Positions 1-9,977 are shown, counted from the stretch's first letter. The stretch is 64,000 nucleotides of DNA from Methanobacteriota archaeon (GCA_963769885.1 CAVYNH010000004.1:140495-204494); one strand, 5' to 3'. The notes: generated from the sequence alone by a model not told the origin. Numbers and translations are program-made.

Positions 1-191
1 AGCCCCTAAGGTTTTCCACCCATGGAGAATGACGATGATGAAAAAAAGCAAGATGAAACTTAGGATCACTCGCGTGTTCGAGAACGGGATGTAAAGGAGC
101 CAACCAAGAACAAGATACAATCCTATGACAGCAAGCACAAAGGTCATGATGATGTTAGAATTCATCTTTTGCATACGACCACGAAGGACTG

Positions 192-1460
192 TTATTTCAC
201 TCCTAATCTTTTATAGAACAGAGGAACATTATGACTCCTGCAGCTATGACAAAACTGAACAGATTTTTCAGGAGCTACAAACCCATCATCCAAATGATTT
301 GATAGAGAGGTATAATTTTGTAGCATGAAACAGTCTGTGGAAGGCACATTGAAGTTCGCATTCATTCGTCTCCAAATTACATGGATGTCTTCTTTGCGTG
401 CATTCCCAAATGAAAGAGGAGTAAACGAACAAGGACAGATGTTGCCGCTTGTGGAGACATGGAGGTATTGATATCCTGCGCAACACCCCATCACCTGTTT
501 GCTTTCCCGATACGGATAGGACAGCACTTTGAGGTGTTTGTTATTTTTATTGACCTTCTTTTGTATATGTGCCAGCTGCATCCTCTCATTCTCTGTAAGA
601 ATGACATCATGTTCTTCCATAATTTTTCCGACAGGGATCGGCTCAAGGATGAGCACCTCGTCTACCCTTTGTTTTTCAGCGAATTCGAGGAACTCCCAGA
701 TCTCCCCTGTTGCGATTCTCTCTTTTGTCGCTACGGTAGAAAGGCCGACGTATAATCCTGCATGCTTGGCATTTTTTATCCCCTCCAATGCTTGTTCAGA
801 GGATCCGTCGAAACTTCTCAGTGTGTCCTGAATCTTTTTATCGGTATGCTCTAGCCCAATCATCACTGCAAAAAGCCCTGCTTGTCTGAGGGCCTCTGCT
901 TTCTCCTTCGTCAAGCCGTAGCCTGTGGTGAACAAAACAACCGAGGATTTCTCGGTATCTATTTTTGAGATAATCTCACAGATATCGTTTCTTACGAGTG
1001 GTTCTCCGCCGGTCAATGCGATAACAGAGACTCCCAACTCCTGCAGTCTATCCACAATCTCTTCAGCATCCCGAGTTGACATGTCTTCTTCTTTTAAGTT
1101 ATGGAGATAACAATGCCAGCAGTGATACATGCATGTATTTGTGATGGAAAATGACGCATAGATGGGGATGACCTCGTGTCCTTGACTTGACCGTAATGCG
1201 GTAATCAGTCTATTAAATGCTCCACTTGGAAATGGGGGCAGATCAGAGGAAATGACGAACTTGCCGTCATGCAAGGTGAGCTTCTCATATCGTGAACGCA
1301 GGAGTAAATACAGGAGGAATTTTTTGGGGAATTGTGTGATGCTTTTTGTCGGTAAACTTTTAAACGCTTGATATCGAAGTCTCGTTTTTTCCCACATTGC
1401 TATGTAATCCCTAATTTTTTGTAAATACGAGGAATGCCACTTGAGGGACATCGTTGGCAC
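192..1460 (-). CDS. radical SAM enzyme with N-terminal ~95 aa extension and C-terminal twitch/SPASM-like Cys motifs (paralog 1)
   Basis: The CxxxCxxC motif is CMYHCWHCY at about aa 108. GGEPL is present. The C-terminal motif GCCAGYQYLHVSTSGNICPC and a CxxC are SPASM/twitch-like. It overlaps the 3' end of the upstream paralog, so the true start is probably an internal Met (1451 or 1397). Confidence 0.6.
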   Translation of the reverse strand: MPTMSLKWHSSYLQKIRDYIAMWEKTRLRYQAFKSLPTKSITQFPKKFLLYLLLRSRYEKLTLHDGKFVISSDLPPFPSGAFNRLITALRSSQGHEVIPIYASFSITNTCMYHCWHCYLHNLKEEDMSTRDAEEIVDRLQELGVSVIALTGGEPLVRNDICEIISKIDTEKSSVVLFTTGYGLTKEKAEALRQAGLFAVMIGLEHTDKKIQDTLRSFDGSSEQALEGIKNAKHAGLYVGLSTVATKERIATGEIWEFLEFAEKQRVDEVLILEPIPVGKIMEEHDVILTENERMQLAHIQKKVNKNNKHLKVLSYPYRESKQVMGCCAGYQYLHVSTSGNICPCSFTPLSFGNARKEDIHVIWRRMNANFNVPSTDCFMLQNYTSLSNHLDDGFVAPEKSVQFCHSCRSHNVPLFYKRLGVK

Positions 1461-2608
1461 ACCTCAAGAGATTTTTCATAGGAGAGAGGATATTCACCGT
1501 TTCCTATGTGTCTCATCAGTTTGTGGTTTTCCAGCATGAAACAGAAAGCACGTGGTTTTTGAAATAGGTGATTCATTTTTTGCCAGAGATCCTCGAGGGG
1601 TTCCTCATGAATGTTCCCGAAGATAAGTGGGACAAAATCGCATGGTCGGAGGTTTCCATCTGCATCAACATACACAAGACTATACCCTGCAGTGCATCCC
1701 TGGAATTCCTCACTTTCATAATAGGGGAATACCGATAGTTTTGGATACTTCTTGTATTTTCTGTTCGAATTTATTTGCTTATGAAATTCAATGAGCTGCC
1801 TTCGTTCGTCGGTACTCAAGACACAGGTATCGTCATTGAAGAGTTCACCAACTGGGGTCGGTTCAAACATCATGATTTCTTGAACAGAGAGGTTCTGGGC
1901 GGTTTCGAGCATCTTCCATTGTTCGTTGTTTTTTAATATATCCTTGGTAATGACACATGATACACCAACGTAGAGGCGTGCCTGTTGAGCATTTCTTACT
2001 CCGTTGATGAAATTGTCATATGCTCCTTTGTATCCTCTAAGGCGGTCATGAATTTCGGGTTTGTAATGATCCAAGCTTAGCATCACCCCGAAAAGACCCG
2101 CCTTTTTCAGCTCCCTGGCCTTTTCTTCTGTTAAACCATCGCCTGAGGTGAACACAAACACGGAGGAGCGATCATCGATACTGGCAATAATATCTACGAG
2201 ATCCTCTCGGAGAAGTGGTTCTCCCCCGGTGATAGAAAACAGATATGTTCCCATGTCTTGAAATTTTTGGATCGCATTAATTATCGTTGGAAGCGGTAAA
2301 TCTGTTCCGTTTTTTGGAGAGGCGCTGCAATGCCAACAGTGGTACCTGCAATGATGCGTGACGGCGATGTTGACGATCCCTGGGATGTTCACTCCCTCTA
2401 TTGCTCTGGTCCCTGCTTCAAAAAACCTGTCTAGGGCTTTACTTGGGTACGGGGGGAGATGGAGGGAAAAAAGAATCTTGTCATCAAAGGTGATGAATCT
2501 TTCATTTTTGAAAACGGCAAGGAGGCTTAAGACGGTTTTTTTTGGAATTTTTTTTATTTGTTTGTTACGCATCATTTTTAGTGAGGTGATGAGGAGAGAC
2601 GATTGCAT
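1400..2608 (-). CDS. radical SAM enzyme, twitch/SPASM-like (paralog 2 of tandem pair)
   Basis: Motifs are CRYHCWHC (CxxxCxxC), GGEPLL and GCTAGYSLVYVDADGNLRPC. The architecture is clearly the same as 192..1460. Confidence 0.6.
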   Translation of the reverse strand: MQSSLLITSLKMMRNKQIKKIPKKTVLSLLAVFKNERFITFDDKILFSLHLPPYPSKALDRFFEAGTRAIEGVNIPGIVNIAVTHHCRYHCWHCSASPKNGTDLPLPTIINAIQKFQDMGTYLFSITGGEPLLREDLVDIIASIDDRSSVFVFTSGDGLTEEKARELKKAGLFGVMLSLDHYKPEIHDRLRGYKGAYDNFINGVRNAQQARLYVGVSCVITKDILKNNEQWKMLETAQNLSVQEIMMFEPTPVGELFNDDTCVLSTDERRQLIEFHKQINSNRKYKKYPKLSVFPYYESEEFQGCTAGYSLVYVDADGNLRPCDFVPLIFGNIHEEPLEDLWQKMNHLFQKPRAFCFMLENHKLMRHIGNGEYPLSYEKSLEVCQRCPSSGIPRIYKKLGIT

Positions 2609-2664
2609 GGTGCTATCGCCAGCATTGTTGGCTATCCTATCTCTTTGTGTTATCTGAAAGAAAT

Positions 2665-2678
2665 CTTTATATAATAAT
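2665..2678 (+). promoter_or_regulatory. archaeal TATA-box-like element (ctttatataataat) about 20-30 nt upstream of the ATG at 2696, in the divergent intergenic region
   Basis: An AT-rich TTTATATA motif sits at the typical archaeal spacing for a leaderless or short-leader transcript. Confidence 0.3.
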
Positions 2679-2695
2679 CTTATCGATGTCTAGAT

Positions 2696-3388
2696 ATGAA
2701 TATTAAAATATTGATGTCAATCATAATAATTTTTTTAGTCATGGGGTTTGTCTTCATTATTTTTGGTTTTTCGTCCCATCAAACCATTCTTTCCCATTGG
2801 TTCATCATCGTGGACATCTGTATTCTTTTAGGTATCACAACAAAAATCATGGATCAGCTGATTGATGACATCAACCTGAAATCATATCGGTTGTGGGTCA
2901 TCCCGCTTGCCGTGTTTATCCCAGGTTCCATGGCGTACCTTGCATTGACAGAAGGCCCCGTCATCGGTATGGTAATCGGCACCGTGATCGGGTTAATCAT
3001 CGCCGGGAAAATAGATCATCCAGCGTACGTCGCAAGCATCATTTTGTTTATCGCCCTCATCTTATTTGCCTTCGTTTTGGGTTTCATTCATATCGAGGTG
3101 ACAACGTTTTACATTATCCCGGTGGCTGCAGCCGGCTCGTTTTTGGATGAGTTCGGGCATGAACGATGGCGAAGTAACAACAAAACTGTCACCTTCATTT
3201 TTCAGCACAGGCTTTTCCTGAAAACGTTTGCCTTTTTTGGGGTCGTCTTCGGGTTCGCTCTGCCGATTCAATTTATCGGATTTCTTTGTTTTGATATTTG
3301 TTACGATCTGGTCGACACAACGAGTCGATCTGAGGAGAAGAGCAAAAAGTATGTTCCCGCTGGGCTTTCTTCAAACGGAATGAAGTAA
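2696..3388 (+). CDS. polytopic integral membrane protein of unknown function
   Basis: A 230 aa ORF with about 6 hydrophobic helices, embedded between radical SAM genes. No recognisable catalytic motif. Confidence 0.5.
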   Translation: MNIKILMSIIIIFLVMGFVFIIFGFSSHQTILSHWFIIVDICILLGITTKIMDQLIDDINLKSYRLWVIPLAVFIPGSMAYLALTEGPVIGMVIGTVIGLIIAGKIDHPAYVASIILFIALILFAFVLGFIHIEVTTFYIIPVAAAGSFLDEFGHERWRSNNKTVTFIFQHRLFLKTFAFFGVVFGFALPIQFIGFLCFDICYDLVDTTSRSEEKSKKYVPAGLSSNGMK

Positions 3389-3401
3389 AACGAGGTTCAC
3401 A

Positions 3402-4700
3402 ATGCGGAATCCTTTTGTAAAGCCCATCGCGGCGTGGTACTCCAACCAATGCTCCAGGTGTGGCACCCCCCGCATCGAAGCTCTCCTGCGTAGTTATCAC
3501 GAAACAATAATCTGCCCAGAATGCAGTACGCGCCTTCTTTTCGGAAGCATGCTGTTCAAGATACTCATGAGGTCTATGAAAATAGACGATGTCGAGCTAA
3601 GCGAGTTATCCTCCGATGCTGAAGCGATGGCCTCTATCAACGCATTTTTGCGCAGTATCAGGAGCCAAGGGCGTCTCGCGATTGAATTCGGTATCCCAAT
3701 CTATGCGGTCTTTGATGTCACGAGCAAATGTAACCTTGCCTGTATCCATTGTTACGCCTCAGGGCAACAAGAGGAGTTACCGACGACAGCGGTGACTCGT
3801 ATCTTAGACAAGCTTGCTTACGCAGGCGTGGGGATGGTTGATTTTGGAGGAGGGGAGCCTCTCCTACGAGCAGATATCTTTGATATTTTGGCGCATTCAA
3901 AACACAAGGGGCTGTATACATCGATTTCAACCAATGGGGTACTCCTTGATGAGTTCTGTGCGAGGCGCTTGAAAGAACTTGGTATCGATCACGTCTGCGT
4001 CAGCCTCGATGGCGCAACACCAGAGACCCATGATCGCATCCGGAATAAAAAAGGAACGTACGAGGAAGCAATCAGAGGTATTAAGCACTGTCGCAACGCC
4101 GGGATATCGACACAGATTTCAACGGTGTTTATGAGGAGCAACATCGATGAATTAGAGGACCTTACCAGGCTCTTAAAAGGGCTTCGTGTCGATGGATGGT
4201 ATCTGTATGATTTCGTTCCCGCTGGACAAGGGAAAGAACTGCTTCAGGAGGTTCTCTCCCAAGAGCAACGCAAGCATCTCTTTGACTATTTGGCGGACAT
4301 CGCGCCTTCAAGCACGATGACGCTGAAACCCTATCCGTATCTAATAACGATCAACTCCGTCTCTTGTACGGATACATATTTCTATAAAAAATATGGGCGG
4401 CTCACCGAGTTTTTTAAAGGGTGTTTATCAGGGCGATGGGTCTGTCATATCTCGAGCAACGGAGACCTCCATCCGTGCCATCTTTTACCCCAGACGCTCG
4501 GGAATCTTACCCAAGAAACCATCGAAGAAATCTGGTTCAACAAGAAGAACCGTGTTCTGCAGGAACTACGAGAAAGACGATTGGTAAAGGGAACCTGTGG
4601 AGAATGCACCCATCGAGACGTGTGCGGCGGATGCCGGGCACAAGCATTCTGGAAAACAGGCGATTATCTTGAAGGGGATTGCTGCTGGATTAAAAATTAA
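3402..4700 (+). CDS. radical SAM/SPASM-domain enzyme with N-terminal zinc-ribbon
   Basis: An N-terminal CxxC...CxxC ribbon precedes CNLACIHCY (CxxxCxxC) and GGGEPLL. The C-terminal motifs GCLSGRWVCHISSNGDLHPC and CGECTHRDVCGGC are canonical SPASM. Confidence 0.65.
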   Translation: MRNPFVKPIAAWYSNQCSRCGTPRIEALLRSYHETIICPECSTRLLFGSMLFKILMRSMKIDDVELSELSSDAEAMASINAFLRSIRSQGRLAIEFGIPIYAVFDVTSKCNLACIHCYASGQQEELPTTAVTRILDKLAYAGVGMVDFGGGEPLLRADIFDILAHSKHKGLYTSISTNGVLLDEFCARRLKELGIDHVCVSLDGATPETHDRIRNKKGTYEEAIRGIKHCRNAGISTQISTVFMRSNIDELEDLTRLLKGLRVDGWYLYDFVPAGQGKELLQEVLSQEQRKHLFDYLADIAPSSTMTLKPYPYLITINSVSCTDTYFYKKYGRLTEFFKGCLSGRWVCHISSNGDLHPCHLLPQTLGNLTQETIEEIWFNKKNRVLQELRERRLVKGTCGECTHRDVCGGCRAQAFWKTGDYLEGDCCWIKN

Positions 4701-4811
4701 ATACGTTCAAGGAAAAAAATTACCTCCGAAGTGATAACCAATACCCTTCAATGTCGATACTGAAGATCTGTTATCATAAGATATATTAATGTCCAACTCA
4801 CTTATTTTTTA

Positions 4812-5873
4812 TTGATGACTTCTCGCGATGTTCAGATTTATGGTGCCGGCGTATCCGGCCTTGTTTCCGGAATCCATCTCGCAAGAAAAGGGTACCATGT
4901 CACGATCTATGAAAAAGAACAGAAAATAGGGGGGAGCATGCACTGTCATCCATCGGTTCAAATGACTCCGATGCATATGTACCAGATGGAAGAGTATGTC
5001 GGAATAAAATTGAAATCATGTTTCTCGGAATTACGTGAGTTCCTGGGGTATATCGGTCCCAAAAAACTTGTCTTTTCCACCAAAGATCTTTACGTGGTCG
5101 AACGAGGACCACAACCGTCATCCCTCGATCATTTTCTCTATGAAAAAGCGGTAGAAGAAGGTGTTGAGGTCAAATTTTCACATCCGCTTACCTCAGAAGA
5201 GTTGAAAAGCATCCCGGAATATTCGATCATCGCAACCGCGGGATATTCACAGATAGTAAAAGCGCTCCATCTTTCGTATGTGGCTTTCAAACAATTTGAC
5301 ACACACATCAAGACTGATCTTGAGAATGTTTCCATCGCATACTTCGGTGATTTTACCTCTGACTACGGGTATATTTCAACGAAAAACGGGCTTCTGTCCG
5401 CGCAGCTTTCAGGCCCGTTAAATCTTTCTTCAGAAAAGTTGCATCGGTTTATGAAGGTGGTACAAGAAACCAAGGGTATTGACCTGGACGGATGGTCCTC
5501 TATTATCTCCTATTTCCCGAAAAAAGCACGATTGTTTACATCCTTTGCGGGAAAAACTCTTGTGCTGGCTGGGGACGTTGCAGGCTTTTTAGATCCGTTT
5601 TTTGGGTTTGGGGCGACCGGTGCCCTGATGTCTGGGAAAATTGCTGCGATGGGCATCCTGTCGAAGCAGAAGGCGTTACAAAAATTTACACAATGCACCT
5701 CTCATCTCAACAAGGACCTTTTCGTTCACACGCTGTACTGGCATCTCCCTTTTAAAAAATTCATCCTCTCCCAAGTCATGAAACTTCAAGACACGCATCT
5801 CACGTTTCTCAAACGAAGCATCCCAGGGTTCACCAATGAAGAGTGGGTAAAGATTATTTCGAGTGTTGATTAA
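4812..5873 (+). CDS. FAD/NAD(P)-binding oxidoreductase (geranylgeranyl-reductase-like Rossmann protein)
   Basis: The N-terminal dinucleotide-binding motif is IYGAGVSGLVSGIHLA...YEKE. Length is 353 aa. Confidence 0.5.
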   Translation: MMTSRDVQIYGAGVSGLVSGIHLARKGYHVTIYEKEQKIGGSMHCHPSVQMTPMHMYQMEEYVGIKLKSCFSELREFLGYIGPKKLVFSTKDLYVVERGPQPSSLDHFLYEKAVEEGVEVKFSHPLTSEELKSIPEYSIIATAGYSQIVKALHLSYVAFKQFDTHIKTDLENVSIAYFGDFTSDYGYISTKNGLLSAQLSGPLNLSSEKLHRFMKVVQETKGIDLDGWSSIISYFPKKARLFTSFAGKTLVLAGDVAGFLDPFFGFGATGALMSGKIAAMGILSKQKALQKFTQCTSHLNKDLFVHTLYWHLPFKKFILSQVMKLQDTHLTFLKRSIPGFTNEEWVKIISSVD

Positions 5874-6180
5874 ATTTTATTTTATCTTAAAGGTCTCATT
5901 GTCTGGGCATTCATTATAAATAAAAAAAAACTGATTCTATTGAGTAAAATCTTTATTTAGAAAAAGAAAAAAGAAGGATTTTAGAGAGTAATGCAGGCGG
6001 ATTAAGAACGTGGTTTCTAAGCCGTTTGTTAAGACTTTCAACAGGAAGGAAAAAGTCTTAACCCCGACAGGAGCACATATTTTCCATAAAAAAACAATAT
6101 TGCTAGAGATTAGCACGAAGGTTGGGTTAGGTTTATATATCAGGAAAATCATGCTACATTATAACACGATTTTGACTGTT

Positions 6181-6228
6181 TTAGGGGTGGGGAACTGAAC
6201 AATAAGCACTCATGTCCGCCCCCGACAT
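6181..6228. repeat. conserved intergenic element, family A copy 1 (ttagg..gggaactgaacaataagcactcatgtccgcccccgacat), followed by a 7-bp GC hairpin at 6218..6250
   Basis: A near-identical copy lies at 9931..9977. The element shares the core cgcccccgacat with family B copies at 8781..8840 and 12146..12200. Confidence 0.6.
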
Positions 6229-6279
6229 TGACGAATCCTGAGGCGGGGGCTGAGAAGAGTATAGGGAGCGGTCGTACAT

Positions 6280-8604
6280 CTAAGAGGGTGCTATCCGGAT
6301 AAAGATAAGGAAAGCGTAACCGGCTGCGTTTTTAGTGATGGTGGGGATACCATCGGCGCAGACGGTGAAGGTGACGGTGAGGGGGCCGAAGGCGATGAAG
6401 GGGATGAAGGTTGCGGAAGCAGTTTTACCGGCGTCGATAGAGCTGATGTTGCCACATCGGAAGGTGCCAGAAAAGTTGAGCCAGGCTCCTTGGATGGTAT
6501 AGGTATAGACGATGTTGTTGGTAGTGCGGTTGCCGGGGTTGCTGAGGGTGGCTCGGAGTTGCATGAGGCCGCCTCTGATCTTGGTGATCTCGAGTTTGCC
6601 GCCTGCGGGGATAACATTCGCGGTGGTGGTATAAGGGAGGTAGTTGTGTTTGGTTACTGTGACGATCATGGTGCCGGTGGTGGTGGGTGCGACGGTGAAG
6701 GATACGATGCCTGAAATGCTAGTGGTGCCGACTTGGTAGACTTCAGTATTAAGAGTATCGCCTTTCCAGAGGCAGACGGTGGCACCTTCGATGGGGTTAT
6801 TGTTGCTGTCGGCGACGGTGACGTTGTAGGTGGAGGAGCCAACGGTGATACAGGATGGGTAGGTAACACGAAGCGTTCTTGGTGTTGCCGTCCAGATGGG
6901 TGTGCTAGGGTCGCCGAGGAGGGTGAGTTCGGTGTAGATGTATTGGTCGAGGTTGTCGCTGGAGATGCCGTCGTTCTTGTGATTTGAGAGGGCGGCGCCG
7001 ACCGTGTTTTGGTTGTGGGTAAAGATGGATCGAAAGAAGAGGCGGTCGAATTTGAGGCTGAGGCCGTTTTGGCTGCCTATATAGTACCAGCCGTAGCGGC
7101 TGTTGCCAATGAAGGCGATGCCGCCGCCGTGGGCGTTCCGGACAAAATGTTCGCCAATGCAAATATTCGCATCATATGCGCAGGGGTCGCAGCCCATGCT
7201 GTAGTAGATGCCTTGGCGTTGGGCGTTGGCGAGGCCGTCCATGTCGCCGCTGTCGATATACCAGCCGTGGTTGACCGACCCGGTGCCCATGGTGTAGATG
7301 CTGGAGTGGTCGGCGTGGTTCATGAGGTTCTGGCCGGCGTTGAGGGATTTGATGACGTTGTCGCGATGGTTGCCGCTTTCGCTGTCGTATACATGGGTCG
7401 TGTTCCAGCTGTGGGGGATGTAGGCGTCTTTAATGTTTTGTTTGCAGATCTCGACGTGGGTGCTGTTGTCGAGGTCGAAGCCGTACATGGCGGCGTTGGT
7501 GGCGAAGTTGTCGGCGGGGTGTTGTTCGTAGGCGAGGGTTTTGTTGATAAAGTTGCCGATCTGGCCGTTGCCGTCGCCGGAGCCGGTGACGCTGGCGCGG
7601 CCGACGTTGACTTCGATGGTCCAGTCTTCGTCGAAGTCAGCGTAGTAGGTGTCGTTGGGGACGGGGTCGGGGTCGACGGCGGGGAAGCTGTGGTAGTTGC
7701 AGGGGATGGTGCTGGTGTCGCCGCCGAGGAGGATATAGGTGGTGCCCCAATTGTCGTACACGTCTTTGGCGAAGGCGTTGATTTTCTGGTCCTTGCTGCC
7801 ATTGTAGCCGCTTTGGTTGTAGATCCAATCCGTGGTCATGATAATGGTGGGGATGCCGCATTGGGTGCGCCAGTCGGCGAGCGGTTGGAAGGCGTTGACC
7901 CAGTCGGGTTTGGTGATGATGACGTACTCGTAATGTCCGGGTGGGAGGCCTGTGGTGCGTGGTTTGGGGTTGTGTTGGAGGGCGATGTCGGGGGGGTTGA
8001 TGACTAGGTGTTGAACCTTGGCGATGCGTTGTTGGGTCTCGGTTGATGTGAGGCCGGTGGGGAGGTAGTCTCCGTAAGTATGGGTTGGCGTGCCGGTGAG
8101 GGTAATGGTGAGGCTGGTGGTGAGGGTGAGTGTTTTGTCGGCAGGGATGTAATGGATGGGGTAGATGGTGATGAGGGCGATGGCTTGACCTGCAAGGTCG
8201 GTCTCTGCGGTTAGTACGGCGGTCTGGGTTGGATAGGGTGTAGTGGAGTGGTAGGCTGTTTCGTCTGGTGATGTGAAGGTGTTGGTATCATCGTTGGTGG
8301 TGCGTGGTGTCTGTGTGGGCCAAATATTATAGGTGCCGATGAGGGGTTGGGTTCGTTGGTTGAGGATTTGGATGGCGGTGGCTTGAAGGTTGGGCGGGAG
8401 GGCTATTTTGAGGGTGATGGCGGGAAGGCTGGGTTTGCCTGGTTCGGTGGTGGTGCTGCCGTTTGTTGTGGTGATTTGGTCGTAGCCGTTGTATGTACTG
8501 AAGTCAAAGTCGTCGGATGTGAAGGTGATGGTGATTGTCTTGGTGGGGGTTGTGGTGGTTGCGGGTACGGTGGTCGTGAAGACGAGGCTGCCGATAATTA
8601 TCAA
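6280..8604 (-). CDS. secreted C25 (gingipain)-like cysteine peptidase with Thr-rich N-terminal linker
   Basis: A signal/TM and TTTTPTKT linker precede motifs YILLGGDTSTIPC, a His in MNHADHSS and a Cys in YYSMGCDPCAYD, which are C25-like. Closest paralog in window is 16082..18034. Confidence 0.55.
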   Translation of the reverse strand: MIIIGSLVFTTTVPATTTTPTKTITITFTSDDFDFSTYNGYDQITTTNGSTTTEPGKPSLPAITLKIALPPNLQATAIQILNQRTQPLIGTYNIWPTQTPRTTNDDTNTFTSPDETAYHSTTPYPTQTAVLTAETDLAGQAIALITIYPIHYIPADKTLTLTTSLTITLTGTPTHTYGDYLPTGLTSTETQQRIAKVQHLVINPPDIALQHNPKPRTTGLPPGHYEYVIITKPDWVNAFQPLADWRTQCGIPTIIMTTDWIYNQSGYNGSKDQKINAFAKDVYDNWGTTYILLGGDTSTIPCNYHSFPAVDPDPVPNDTYYADFDEDWTIEVNVGRASVTGSGDGNGQIGNFINKTLAYEQHPADNFATNAAMYGFDLDNSTHVEICKQNIKDAYIPHSWNTTHVYDSESGNHRDNVIKSLNAGQNLMNHADHSSIYTMGTGSVNHGWYIDSGDMDGLANAQRQGIYYSMGCDPCAYDANICIGEHFVRNAHGGGIAFIGNSRYGWYYIGSQNGLSLKFDRLFFRSIFTHNQNTVGAALSNHKNDGISSDNLDQYIYTELTLLGDPSTPIWTATPRTLRVTYPSCITVGSSTYNVTVADSNNNPIEGATVCLWKGDTLNTEVYQVGTTSISGIVSFTVAPTTTGTMIVTVTKHNYLPYTTTANVIPAGGKLEITKIRGGLMQLRATLSNPGNRTTNNIVYTYTIQGAWLNFSGTFRCGNISSIDAGKTASATFIPFIAFGPLTVTFTVCADGIPTITKNAAGYAFLIFIRIAPS

Positions 8605-8780
8605 AATTAAAGGGCAGCACAGGTGGTTTGTTTGAATACTTTTATTCCCCCTTTTTCTGGTGTTGAGAAGAGTTATACTTGCATGGTACTTTTAAAGGTT
8701 TTCCTGAAGTGTGCCTGAGGCTTCTCTTGAGTATGCCTGGGGGAAATATCCGGTGTAATATGTCAACTCAAATTGAAAGG

Positions 8781-8840
8781 ACCTAGAACGAAATCTGAAC
8801 CCCAGGGACTTATTCTCGCCCCCGACATCTTGTTGTACTA
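8781..8840. repeat. conserved intergenic element, family B copy 1 (aatctgaaccccagggacttattctcgcccccgacatcttgttgtactacgattcg)
   Basis: It aligns at about 75% over about 55 nt with 12146..12200. Both copies lie 110-170 nt upstream of secreted-protein genes. Confidence 0.55.
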
Positions 8841-8999
8841 CGATTCGCCTTTTCGGTGGAGGATTTGTTAGCACCTTGATATGCTCCGACCTGTAGATGC
8901 CGTCAACAGATGTTGTTATAAATAGTATAAATATAATTGAAATAGAGAAATATTTTTAAGAAGATGTCTTATACATAACAATGAAGAGGGAGGAAATCC

Positions 9000-9800
9000 A
9001 TGGCGAGATATCACCTTTTGAAGAAAAGTATAGCTGTTGGCATTATTAGCCTGTTCATTGGAGGATTAGCGACCTCAAGCGTCACCGTCAGGTGCGTGCA
9101 CGCATCTCAGGAACACACTCTTGTGACTGTGACTTCGGAGGTATGCGGTGCCCCAGGACTTGCCACACATACAGCCCTGATAACGGCACAGCAGTACCAG
9201 GAACTCGAGCAACAACTCGAAGCCATAAAGGAACGGCTAACACGCGGACTCTCGTATCAACAGACCATCGCAAGCATCCAGGAAATCGTGCGTGCGCTCA
9301 AGACCTATCAATTATTGCCACAAGGGGCGTCCATTGACCAAGTCCAACAGGCGATCGCAGGCCCATACGAGAATCCAACAGCGTTTATGGTGAGAGGAAA
9401 GGTAGCCCAGAGGAACGAGTTTTCCAGTAATCAAAGCAATTCCCTTTGTCTCATCAGCGGTACCGTTCAGGACGGGTCTGTCACTGGACCACTGGGGCTT
9501 GCGGGAGCAGCGATTGCGGCGTTAGGATTGATCCTCAAACAGAACCTCACAGCGGCCATCGGATTACTGCTGTTGGGTATAAGTCATTATATCACGACAC
9601 TTTCCCCCGTCTCACTCTTGCAACGAGTGACAATAAAATCAGGCAACATCACATCGGTCGGACTCAACGGTGTACAAATTTTCAATATCAGCAGCGAAAC
9701 TGGCGAAGGGGTGATATCCGGCTTCTCTGGGATTAAAATTACACGAGATGACACAAGCCAGATGAGCCTCCTTGGGTTCGCACTTGGCATCAAAGTATAG
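9000..9800 (+). CDS. membrane-anchored hypothetical protein (paralog of 57259..58107)
   Basis: An N-terminal TM anchor is followed by a conserved block VTVTSEVCGAPG...ITAQQYQELEQQLEAIKERL...YQLLPQGAS, matching VEVTTQACGIQG...LTRQQYQNLQQYL...YGLLPKGMS in the distant paralog. Confidence 0.5.
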   Translation: MARYHLLKKSIAVGIISLFIGGLATSSVTVRCVHASQEHTLVTVTSEVCGAPGLATHTALITAQQYQELEQQLEAIKERLTRGLSYQQTIASIQEIVRALKTYQLLPQGASIDQVQQAIAGPYENPTAFMVRGKVAQRNEFSSNQSNSLCLISGTVQDGSVTGPLGLAGAAIAALGLILKQNLTAAIGLLLLGISHYITTLSPVSLLQRVTIKSGNITSVGLNGVQIFNISSETGEGVISGFSGIKITRDDTSQMSLLGFALGIKV

Positions 9801-9930
9801 AACCAGAGGCTGCGCGCGGCGTCCGAGCGCTATCTGACAGGAAGCGCTTCTTGCCGTACATCGCACCAGCAGCTGAAAGCACCGATTTGCAACTGGTTCT
9901 CCTTAAACCAATTAAAAAAACCTGTGGTCA

Positions 9931-9977
9931 TTAGGAAAGGGAACTGAACAATACACACTCATGTCCGTCCTCGACAT
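9931..9977. repeat. conserved intergenic element, family A copy 2
   Basis: ttaggaaagggaactgaacaatacacactcatgtccgtcctcgacat differs from the 6181..6228 copy at only a few positions. Confidence 0.6.

Noticed and set aside
7009-8007. 332-aa plus-strand ORF (Ala/Gly/Val-rich), together with many similar ORFs (6490-6714, 6733-6987, 7320-7802, 8347-8610)
   Set aside because: These are antisense or shifted-frame reading of the high-GC C25-like gene on the minus strand. They are low-complexity and have no motifs.
8692-8874. 60-aa ORF in the intergenic region
   Set aside because: It overlaps the conserved non-coding repeat element and has no coding features.
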